DNA of 32,000 nucleotides from Candidatus Methylomirabilis oxygeniifera (GTDB lineage Bacteria; Methylomirabilota; Methylomirabilia; Methylomirabilales; Methylomirabilaceae): the NCBI GenBank assembly GCA_000091165.1, contig FP565575.1, forward strand, positions 420,001 through 452,000, written 5' to 3'. Numbering within the stretch: position 1 is the first letter of the stretch; each line of letters starts with the position of its first letter. Shown piece after piece: positions 9,721 to 17,115 of this stretch. The position numbers were made by a program, and so were the translations under genes. Below the pieces are notes generated by a model. That model ran no database searches and was not told the origin of the DNA. It saw only the letters and a list, made by a program, of their open reading frames with translations.

Positions 9721-11463
9721 TCAGCACAATGCTTGTTGCAGCGCAGCGTGCAGCGTCGCCAGGGCGGCCCCCACATCCGGACCCAGATGCATCCGCAACG
9801 CCCGACGACTGCGCTCCGCTAAGACCTGAAAGTCACCGCGTGCCTGAGTTGCCTTGACCACGCCAAAGCTGTACTGGTATCCCGGGATAGGCAGGTCGAA
9901 GGCGTCACCGCAGGTGATCTGCAGGAAGACGCCGGTATTCGGTCCGCCCTTGTAAGCCTGGCCGGTCGAGTGCAGATAGCGCGGCCCAAAACCTACGCAC
10001 GTCGCCACACGTTTATTGTCGCGGACAGCGTGACGCAGCAGTTGAAGCGCGCGTTCATGGGCTTCGTTCATCTCGATATAGGCCAGGAGGGCGAAGTAAT
10101 CGCCAAGCCTGATCCGGCTCAGGTGCGCCCTGAGATACCCGACGAGCGACCGATCGGCTCCTGTGGCCTCCTCCAGTATCGCGGTGTTCCGCTCGTCACT
10201 GAACAGTGTGATACCGCTCTCCTGCAGGATCGGGGACTCTGGAGGGATTGTGCCTGTCTTCTCATATGCCGACGTCAAGGCCCGCGTCGCCACCTTGCTT
10301 GCTTCCACGTCAGGCTGATCGAAGGGGTTGATGCCGATGATGGACCCGGCTACTGCAGTCGCGATCTCCCACCGGAAGAACTCAGCCCCCAGGTCGTAGG
10401 GATCGGTTACGGCAATCCGGACCACAGGCTGGCCGGCCCGTTCGAGGGCATCCAGTACCGCATCCTGGCACGGAACCGGGGCAGAAATCATTCTGAGGTA
10501 GATAAACACGCGATCCGTGTCGTAGACCTCTGGAGGACCCAGCGGCTCACGATCGACGGGGATCAGTCCCTTCCCCGCTTTCCCGGTCGATTCGGCGAGC
10601 AGTTGCTCGATCCAGGCGCCGAGGTGCCGAATACCGGGCGAGGCGATGAGAGTCACCTTGTCGCGGCCAGCACGGGCAAGGACGCCGAGGATGGTGCCCA
10701 GGACGACGCCGGGGTTCTCCTCGGCCGGGACACACGAGGCGCAGGCGTGCGCCATCTCCTCGGCGCGGTCCAGCAGCTTCAACACGTCTACTCCCATGAT
10801 CGCCGCCGGAACCAGGCCGAAATCGGAGAGGGCTGAGTATCGGCCACCGATGCTCGAGAGACCATAGCAGATGTGACGAAAACGAAGGCGCTCAGCGAGT
10901 TGCTGTAACGTCGAGCCTGGGTCAGTAATGGCGATAAACCGGCTCCCGGCCTCGTCGATACCGATGACCTGTCCCACGCGTTCAAAGAAATACTGCGTGA
11001 AGATGTTCGACTCCAGGGTGGTGCCAGACTTGCTCGATACGATGAAGAGGGTGTTGGCCATATTTACTTGCGCCTCGAAGGCCCTGACCTGAGCAGGGTC
11101 GGTCGAGTCCAGCACGTAAAGCTTAGGGTAGCCGTTCTGTCTACCGAACGTCCTGGCCACCACCTCGGGACAAAGGCTGGAGCCCCCCATCCCCAGAAGC
11201 AGCGCATCCGAGAACCCTGCGGATCTCACCTCTTCGGCGATGGTCCGCAGGCGGAGGCATGTCGCCTGCTGGTCCTTGGTGATCCGCAGCCAGCCCAGCC
11301 ACTCCCCTTCATCCGTCCCCGTCCAAAGGGTGGCGTCGCGCGTCCATAATCTTTCAACCTTACCCTCTGTACGCCAGGCTTCGAGCGACGTCCGGATAGA
11401 GGCGGCGAGCTTGTCGGGTAGGGCGACGGTCTGTCGGCTGAGCAACGATCGCAAGGGTGTCAT
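9721..11463 (-). CDS. pgi: Glucose-6-phosphate isomerase. It is the SIS-domain type usually seen fused to transaldolase, but stand-alone here.
   Basis: 580-aa ORF. LWTRDATLWTG, LLLGMGGSSLCPEV, FIVSSKSGTTLE, IGGRYSALS and the C-terminal HSTGQAYKGGP block are characteristic of the PGI module. Confidence 0.8.
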   Translation of the reverse strand: MTPLRSLLSRQTVALPDKLAASIRTSLEAWRTEGKVERLWTRDATLWTGTDEGEWLGWLRITKDQQATCLRLRTIAEEVRSAGFSDALLLGMGGSSLCPEVVARTFGRQNGYPKLYVLDSTDPAQVRAFEAQVNMANTLFIVSSKSGTTLESNIFTQYFFERVGQVIGIDEAGSRFIAITDPGSTLQQLAERLRFRHICYGLSSIGGRYSALSDFGLVPAAIMGVDVLKLLDRAEEMAHACASCVPAEENPGVVLGTILGVLARAGRDKVTLIASPGIRHLGAWIEQLLAESTGKAGKGLIPVDREPLGPPEVYDTDRVFIYLRMISAPVPCQDAVLDALERAGQPVVRIAVTDPYDLGAEFFRWEIATAVAGSIIGINPFDQPDVEASKVATRALTSAYEKTGTIPPESPILQESGITLFSDERNTAILEEATGADRSLVGYLRAHLSRIRLGDYFALLAYIEMNEAHERALQLLRHAVRDNKRVATCVGFGPRYLHSTGQAYKGGPNTGVFLQITCGDAFDLPIPGYQYSFGVVKATQARGDFQVLAERSRRALRMHLGPDVGAALATLHAALQQALC

Positions 11464-11531
11464 CGTCTCGTCCTGTATCTGAACGCTGAGAGTAGCATCT
11501 GTTGGTGTGTGGTCGTTCCGGATTGTTACTC

Positions 11532-11560
11532 ATCTTACTCGCAGTTGGGATGCGGATCAA
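11532..11560 (-). promoter_or_regulatory. Candidate sigma70-type promoter for the pgi-gnd-zwf-pgl-glk operon
   Basis: The minus strand reads TTGATC-N17-TAAGAT (revcomp of gatcaa 11555-11560 and atctta 11532-11537), about 65 nt upstream of the pgi ATG. This is sequence resemblance only. Confidence 0.3.
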
Positions 11561-11831
11561 GGCCAGGTCGCCGTCTTCGTTTCCCCTTGACATCCCTACG
11601 AGGGTCAACTTAGCATAGGTGGGACGGCATGGGGTCCTCCTCTTATCCCCTCCGCCACCGCGTTCCTGCGTAGTTGTCGGAAGAAGGCGATGGGGTTCGT
11701 CTGGCGATCCATGCAGGTTCGGGACATCAGGCATCTCAGCACACAGAGAAACTGTACAATAGTGAGTCTGCTCACCGTTGAGTACGGCGGGCAACACGTA
11801 TGCAACCAGCGCACACAAAGGAGAAGCAATA

Positions 11832-12218
11832 ATGAAATTTCTGCGTAAAATGTTCAGTGGGCAACAGATGGCTGCGGAGGCGAGCAGTGAACAGTCCGAA
11901 GAGCCAACGGAAGTCGGGCCACGACAGGTGCAAGGTGTGCTGATTCTTACTCGTCAACCCCTGAGTGATTCGTGGGGATTGCTGGAGCAGATCACCGCCT
12001 TGCAACAGTCCAAAGGTTACCGTATTTCTCTGAATTGCATCTCGAAAGCGGCTATTACTGACAAGCTTGACGATGAAGCGTTTCTTCACGAAAAGATTCG
12101 AAAGGAGTTCGCTAAAATCGGCGGTGAGGACCTTATCGCACGAACCAAGATGTACCCCTGCCAGGCGTCTGGTGGCAACACCGGTATTTATTGCGTCATC
12201 TTTGACCGTCCTGAGTGA
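11832..12218 (+). CDS. Hypothetical protein, 128 aa, no family recognised
   Basis: Strong Shine-Dalgarno (AAAGGAGAAGCAATA-ATG). Codon usage and GC are visibly lower than in the neighbours. It has an acidic, probably disordered N-terminus and then a roughly 90-aa globular part. The opposite-strand ORF (11772..12341) looks like a shadow. Confidence 0.5.
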   Translation: MKFLRKMFSGQQMAAEASSEQSEEPTEVGPRQVQGVLILTRQPLSDSWGLLEQITALQQSKGYRISLNCISKAAITDKLDDEAFLHEKIRKEFAKIGGEDLIARTKMYPCQASGGNTGIYCVIFDRPE

Positions 12219-12466
12219 GGGTATGCTGCACGTAACGCTCGCGTCGCCGGACGCGGGACCCGGATGGCCGGCACGCCTGTCAGACGGGCGGTCAACCCGT
12301 GGCACTGTGCTGCGCGGCCGACGCATCTTCGCAGTCAACACGTCCTATCCGAATATTTCTTGAAGAATCGTCGAACGTTTCGAATCACGGCGTGTCTAAG
12401 CAATAGTTCGTGCGGTGCGAACCTATCCGTTGTCTGCCGTGTACCGTATTGAAAAAGGAGAACAAG

Positions 12467-12802
12467 GTGTCCGACTCGTTTCATCGCGTTGTGAGCCTTG
12501 GATGTTTTATCGTGCTGTTCGCCGGATGTGTTGCAGTGGGTGAGGAGTTTCGGACGCCGACTGCTGAGATGATTAAGAACGGGGTGACCACGCGGGCTGA
12601 GCTGCTGCGGCTCTTTGGTTCACCGACTCAGGTCGGCATTGAGGATGGGAATCAGACCTGGACGTGGGTCTATGTGAGGGCGGGCAGCTTCAGCCGGAAC
12701 CTGTCCAAGGAACTGCATGTCACATTTACCGATCGGGGGGTCGTCAAGTCGTACTCGTACACCTCGAGCTTACCGGAGGAGGTTGGACGAGACATCCGGT
12801 GA
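12467..12802 (+). CDS. Small lipoprotein with a BamE (SmpA/OmlA)-like domain
   Basis: GTG start 7 nt after AAAGGAGAA. Signal peptide plus canonical lipobox (VLFAG-C). GVTTRAELLRLFGSPTQ followed by beta-rich WTWVY...VTF resembles the BamE fold signature. Confidence 0.55.
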   Translation: MSDSFHRVVSLGCFIVLFAGCVAVGEEFRTPTAEMIKNGVTTRAELLRLFGSPTQVGIEDGNQTWTWVYVRAGSFSRNLSKELHVTFTDRGVVKSYSYTSSLPEEVGRDIR

Positions 12803-12850
12803 GGACGTGGAGAGGAGCGCAGAGGCGCGCAAAGCCGCCGGGAAATGATC

Positions 12851-12879
12851 TTGACCATGATAGATGGTGGTGGTATAAG
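12851..12879 (+). promoter_or_regulatory. Candidate sigma70 promoter for the tol-pal operon
   Basis: TTGACC (12851-12856), 17-nt spacer, TATAAG (12874-12879). It lies about 20 nt upstream of the tolQ ATG at 12900. Confidence 0.4.
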
Positions 12880-12899
12880 CACAACTTAAGGGCCATGAG

Positions 12900-13619
12900 A
12901 TGAATGTTGTAAGCCTCGTTGTGCAAGCGGGAGTGGTTGCTCAGGCGGTACTGCTCATTTTGCTGGGTTTTTCCCTGATGAGCTGGACGCTGATCTTTAT
13001 GAAGTTCGGAGTGTTCCGGCGAGGCCGACGAGAATCGGCCCAGTTCCTCCACATCTTCCGATCGGCCAAGAACCTGACGACTGTTTTTGAAGAATCGAAG
13101 CGATTCACCAAAAGTCCCGTTGTGAGCGTGTTTCAGGAGGGGTATCGAGAGCTCAGTCAACTGGTAAAAGGCGGTCAAGGTCCGGCCGCACAGTGGCCGA
13201 CCGCCAATGAGCCAAGATCCGCGGTCCCCGAGGCGCCCCTTCACAAGGAGCCGCTCGATCTTATCAGCCGGACCCTCCGCCATGCGAGCATGAAGGAGGT
13301 TGCGCAACAGGAACGCTATCTGATCTTTCTGGCGACAACGGGCAACGTCACACCGTTTGTCGGTCTTTTCGGAACCGTGTGGGGGATTATGAATGCCTTT
13401 GCAAGTATCGGTCAGGCGGGTTCAGCGAATCTGGGCGCTGTGGCGCCGGGGGTTGCGGAGGCCTTGATCACCACGGCGGCCGGACTGGGGGCGGCTATCC
13501 CGGCGGTAGTCGCGTATAACTATTTTCTGAATCGGGTCAGAAGGCAGGCGACTGAGATGGAATTATTCGGCCTGGAGTTTCTCACTCTGGCTGAACGGAT
13601 TCTGGCGAGGAGCCGCTGA
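12900..13619 (+). CDS. tolQ: Tol-Pal system protein TolQ (MotA/TolQ/ExbB proton channel)
   Basis: Three TM segments. Conserved C-terminal block LATTGNVTPFVGLFGTVWGIMNAF ... VAPGVAEALITTAAGL. Operon context with tolR, tolA, tolB and pal. Confidence 0.9.
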   Translation: MNVVSLVVQAGVVAQAVLLILLGFSLMSWTLIFMKFGVFRRGRRESAQFLHIFRSAKNLTTVFEESKRFTKSPVVSVFQEGYRELSQLVKGGQGPAAQWPTANEPRSAVPEAPLHKEPLDLISRTLRHASMKEVAQQERYLIFLATTGNVTPFVGLFGTVWGIMNAFASIGQAGSANLGAVAPGVAEALITTAAGLGAAIPAVVAYNYFLNRVRRQATEMELFGLEFLTLAERILARSR

Positions 13620-13624
13620 CGGCG

Positions 13625-14062
13625 ATGGCATCACCGGGTATAGGTTCCGACGAGCGACCCGGCGGCAGTGCGCTCTCCGAGATCAACATCACGCCGTTTG
13701 TCGATGTCGTCCTGGTCCTCCTCGTCATTTTCCTCATTACGGCGCCCATGATGCTCAGGGGGATTGATGTCAAAGTGCCTAAGACCGAGACCAAGAATGT
13801 CGGGCCCGAGGAACGGCTGATGCTGACGGTGACCAGGGAGAAAGCCGTCTACCTGGATGGTCAGCCCGTCACGCTTGTCCGGCTGGAGCGGGCTCTTGTG
13901 GGACTCCGGCAACGTAACGCGAAGGCGGCCGTGTTCCTTCGGGCCGATGAAGGGGTGTCCTATGGCGTTGTCGTCAAGGTGATGGATGCGGTGAAGAAGG
14001 CCGGAATCGAACGGTTGGGAATGGTTACCGAACCGATTCCACCCGTAGTGAAAGGACAGTAG
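13625..14062 (+). CDS. tolR: Tol-Pal system protein TolR (ExbD/TolR family)
   Basis: EINITPFVDVVLVLLVIFLITAP (with the conserved TM Asp), followed by the periplasmic ExbD-like domain (VFLRADEGVSYGVVVKVMDAVKKAG). Confidence 0.9.
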   Translation: MASPGIGSDERPGGSALSEINITPFVDVVLVLLVIFLITAPMMLRGIDVKVPKTETKNVGPEERLMLTVTREKAVYLDGQPVTLVRLERALVGLRQRNAKAAVFLRADEGVSYGVVVKVMDAVKKAGIERLGMVTEPIPPVVKGQ

Positions 14063-14063
14063 C

Positions 14064-14900
14064 GTGGTGGTGGGAGCCATCGGACGGCGCCTTCCCGTGT
14101 CGGCAGTATCGTCTTCGTGCGGTCTCTCGTTCCTGCTTCACGGACTGTTGGCGGTTGCGGTGGTGTACGGCCCGCAGTGGCTTCACGGTAAGCCGTTCAT
14201 AGCACCCCTCAACTATGAGGTGACGCTGATCTCCCCGGCTGAAGAGAACCGTGAGTTGAGGCGAGGTGCTGCGCTCCCGGCTCAGCCAAAGGTGGCGACC
14301 GCAGCGATCAGCGTGCCGGCCGGGTCGCGGGAACTCCTGACGCTCCCGTCGCTATCCAGAACCACCAGCCCCAAGGCTCAGACCGATGAGCTGACGTTGT
14401 CGGCCAAGCGCAGAGCGCCCACTCGTCTGCCTGTCGCGCCGCCGTTGACGACGCCTGGTCCTCCGAAGATCGTAGCCCCACTTGTGGCGTCTGTTCCTGT
14501 CGGTGCCCAGCCTGGAATCATGTCGCCGGTTGTAGATCCTGCGAAAGCGGGAGCCGGTCGAGATCCGGGTACGGTCGCAGAAACCGGGGTGACTGTGGGG
14601 AATACCGATCCGGCGTTGGCCTATTACTTCGTCTTGATTCAGGACAAAATTACCAGCAACTGGATGCCGCCAAAGATGAGTCCGGGAGCGATGGCCGGCG
14701 TCAGTGTCTCCCTGAGGATCCTTCGTTCCGGGCAGATTCGCAATCTGGCTGTCGGATCATCCTCTGGAGATCGTCTGCTTGACGACTCGGCCGTTCGCGC
14801 CATCAGTCTTTCGAGCCCACTGCCTCCGCTGCCTCCGCTGTATAAGGCCGAGGCGCTCTCGCTCGAGTTGCGTTTCACTTTTGTGGGAGAAAAGAGCTGA
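14064..14900 (+). CDS. tolA: TolA-like protein (N-terminal TM anchor, Pro/Ala-rich linker, TonB_C/TolA C-terminal domain)
   Basis: GTG start 1 nt after the tolR stop codon. Hydrophobic anchor LSFLLHGLLAVAVVY. Proline-rich middle. C-terminus YYFVLIQDKITSNWMPP...RAISLSSPLPPLP. Sits between tolR and tolB. Confidence 0.7.
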   Translation: MVVGAIGRRLPVSAVSSSCGLSFLLHGLLAVAVVYGPQWLHGKPFIAPLNYEVTLISPAEENRELRRGAALPAQPKVATAAISVPAGSRELLTLPSLSRTTSPKAQTDELTLSAKRRAPTRLPVAPPLTTPGPPKIVAPLVASVPVGAQPGIMSPVVDPAKAGAGRDPGTVAETGVTVGNTDPALAYYFVLIQDKITSNWMPPKMSPGAMAGVSVSLRILRSGQIRNLAVGSSSGDRLLDDSAVRAISLSSPLPPLPPLYKAEALSLELRFTFVGEKS

Positions 14901-16270
14901 TGCGATCGAATCGATACATGAGCATTCGCCGCGCGATCTTCGCCTTCGGTTTACTGGTTATCACAATACCCCCGCTGTCGGCCCTGTCCGCAGAAGAAAA
15001 ATACACCGTAGACATTGTGCGAAAGGAGGCGCAGAAGATTACGATTGCGGTCGTCGGCTTCCCGTCGCTGAAGGCTATCTCCAAGGGCGAGGATCTCGGT
15101 GCACAGGCGGGCGCGATCCTGACCGATGATCTGAAAAACACGGGGATCTTCGATGTGATTGATCCGTCGTTCCTCCCGGTCGAAGCTGCCCAGGTCGGTT
15201 TTGGCCAGGAAAAGGGGCTGCTGCCGGCACTGAACTCTCTGAAGGTTCAGGCTGTCGTTGTCGGAAAACTCTCGTCGCGGGGCGACGAGCTTGTCGTGGA
15301 GGGTCAGCTCTTTGAGGTCACGAATGGCGAGATGCTGTCCGGTAAGCGGTACGCCGGAGATCCCCGGACCTTGCGGGCGATGGTGCATCGCCTGGCAGAC
15401 GAGATCGTCTTTCGGCTGACTGGAGAAAAGGGGATCGCCTCCTCCAAGATCGCGTATGTCTCCTCCGTCAATGGCGCCAAAGAGATCTATGTCATGGATT
15501 ATGACGCCTATAACCCACTCCTGATTACCGGCAATCATTCGATCAATCTTTCTCCGCGGTGGTCTCCAGACGGTAAGAAGATCGCCTACACCTCCTATCG
15601 TGATCACAATCCCGACCTCTTCGTCGTCGATCTGGAGACGGGGCGACGTCAGAAGATCTCGTCCAACCCCGGACTCAATGTGGCCCCGGCGTGGTCTCCG
15701 AATGGGAAATGGCTGGTCTTCTCGATGAGTAGCGGGACGGGCACCAACCTCTTTCTCATCCGGCCGGATGCGACCGGTCTCCGTCAACTGACGCAGGGGC
15801 CGCACATCGACATCTCTCCCTCCTTCGCTCCCAACGGGCGACAGATCGTATTTAGTTCGGATCGTGGCGGCACACCCCAGATCTATCTGATGGATGTCGA
15901 AGGGACCAATATCCGGCGCTTGACCTTCGGGGTCGGCGATTACAGTGTGTCGCCTCGATGGTCTCCGCGTGGCGACAAAATCACCTTTGTGGGTAGAACG
16001 CGCGGGAGCTTCGATATCTTCCTGATCAATCCAGACGGGACGGGATTGACGCAGTTGACGTCGAATTCGCGCAATAATGAGGAGCCGTCGTGGTCGGCTG
16101 ACGGGCGGCATCTTCTCTTTACCTCGACGCGGAACGGACATCGGCATCTGTACGTGATGAAGGCCGACGGATCGGATCAGCGGCAATTGACCAAGAACGG
16201 ACAGGAAAACTACCTCGCAGACTGGTCGCCGTCGGCGGGGGTAGGCAGTGCCTTTCAAAGGATACCGTAG
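14900..16270 (+). CDS. tolB: Tol-Pal system beta-propeller protein TolB
   Basis: TGATG overlap with tolA. Signal peptide, TolB N-terminal domain, then repeated propeller blades (SPRWSPDGKKIAYTS, APAWSPNGKWLVFS, SPSFAPNGRQIVFSS, SPRWSPRGDKITF, EPSWSADGRHLLFTS). Confidence 0.9.
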   Translation: MRSNRYMSIRRAIFAFGLLVITIPPLSALSAEEKYTVDIVRKEAQKITIAVVGFPSLKAISKGEDLGAQAGAILTDDLKNTGIFDVIDPSFLPVEAAQVGFGQEKGLLPALNSLKVQAVVVGKLSSRGDELVVEGQLFEVTNGEMLSGKRYAGDPRTLRAMVHRLADEIVFRLTGEKGIASSKIAYVSSVNGAKEIYVMDYDAYNPLLITGNHSINLSPRWSPDGKKIAYTSYRDHNPDLFVVDLETGRRQKISSNPGLNVAPAWSPNGKWLVFSMSSGTGTNLFLIRPDATGLRQLTQGPHIDISPSFAPNGRQIVFSSDRGGTPQIYLMDVEGTNIRRLTFGVGDYSVSPRWSPRGDKITFVGRTRGSFDIFLINPDGTGLTQLTSNSRNNEEPSWSADGRHLLFTSTRNGHRHLYVMKADGSDQRQLTKNGQENYLADWSPSAGVGSAFQRIP

Positions 16271-16341
16271 AGGTATGACCGGGCTATCGGCGGGATGATG
16301 CAGAAGGGATTCTTGGTGAGCACAATGGGAGGGAATACGAG

Positions 16342-16986
16342 ATGAGGTGGACGCAGCGAATAGGGATCGGTTCAACGATGACAGTGGCCGTTATGGCGTT
16401 ATTTCTGACCGGTTGTCCGAAGAGGCCGGATGTTGTCGAGACTGTTCCAAGACCGAGTGCGCAACAGGGCGAGGTCGGCAGGCCGGTGCCTCCGCCGGCG
16501 CCAAAAGTCGCCGCTCCTGAGGAGAAATTCCCCGCTGAGGTCGCAGTCCAGCCGCCGGACACTAGGCCGACTGCTGAGACCGGCGCGGTTCCGGAGGCCA
16601 AGATTGCTGAAGCGGAGGTCGGACAGGAGGCGGCGGCAGCGGTGCAGGCGAGAGAGCTGAAGGATATCTACTTCGATTTCGATCAATCCGCCATTCGAGA
16701 TGATTCCAAGAAGCTGATGGATGAGAACGTCGAATGGTTCAGACAACACTCTGCGGCCAGGGTCACGATTGAAGGTCATAGTGACGAGCGCGGTTCCAGC
16801 GAGTACAATCTTGCACTTGGCGAGCGGCGGGCCAGGGCCGCACGCGATTACCTGGTGGCTGCGGGGATCGCGGCAAATCGGATCGGTACCATCAGTTTTG
16901 GGAAGGAGCGCCCATTTGTTTCAGGGCACGACGAATCGACCTGGAGGTGGAATCGACGGGCCCATTTTGTCCCCGTTGCGAAATAA
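16342..16986 (+). CDS. pal: Peptidoglycan-associated lipoprotein Pal (OmpA family)
   Basis: Shine-Dalgarno GGGAGGG. Lipobox LFLTG-C. Pro/Ala-rich linker. OmpA_C signature DIYFDFDQSAIR...IEGHSDERGSSEYNLALGERRA. Confidence 0.9.
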   Translation: MRWTQRIGIGSTMTVAVMALFLTGCPKRPDVVETVPRPSAQQGEVGRPVPPPAPKVAAPEEKFPAEVAVQPPDTRPTAETGAVPEAKIAEAEVGQEAAAAVQARELKDIYFDFDQSAIRDDSKKLMDENVEWFRQHSAARVTIEGHSDERGSSEYNLALGERRARAARDYLVAAGIAANRIGTISFGKERPFVSGHDESTWRWNRRAHFVPVAK

Positions 16987-17006
16987 CGACGCAAGGCAGG
17001 CAGATA

Positions 17007-17054
17007 GGCTGAAGACTGAAAGGAGCAGGGGACTGAACCTAGAGGTCTTCAGCC
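17007..17054. repeat. Perfect 10-bp inverted repeat (GGCTGAAGAC / GTCTTCAGCC) with a 28-nt loop, in the pal-cpoB spacer
   Basis: Read directly: 17007-17016 is the reverse complement of 17045-17054. No T-tract follows. Confidence 0.5.
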
Positions 17055-17115
17055 TTCGGCCTAAACCCCTGATGGCTGGGTGCTGATTGCTGAACGCTCT
17101 TTTCGAAGGAAAGGG

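Noticed and set aside
11587-11616. Plus-strand TTGACA-N17/18-TTAGCA/TAGCAT promoter-like element.
   Set aside because: The -35 element is perfect but the -10 is poor. It lies about 215 nt from the nearest plus-strand start codon. I kept it only as context in the orphan-island finding, not as a feature.
11610-11630. Minus-strand mini-ORF MPSHLC preceded by a very strong SD-like AAGAGGAGGA. Considered as a possible leader peptide for the pgi operon.
   Set aside because: It is only 6 codons long, the SD-to-ATG spacing is short (4 nt), and it lies upstream of the best candidate pgi promoter (11532-11560), so it would not be on that transcript. There is no attenuator logic that I can see.
12264-12452. 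62-aa ORF in the spacer before the BamE-like gene. Also a 46-aa ORF starting at ATG 12224, in the frame of track ORF 12067..12363.
   Set aside because: Neither has a Shine-Dalgarno. Their composition is Arg/Cys-rich and untypical of real small proteins, and they are probably chance ORFs.
14951-16375. 474-aa minus-strand ORF opposite tolB.
   Set aside because: It is a shadow of the tolB frame. TolB shows clear repeated propeller-blade signatures, while the antisense product is low-complexity and Arg-rich.
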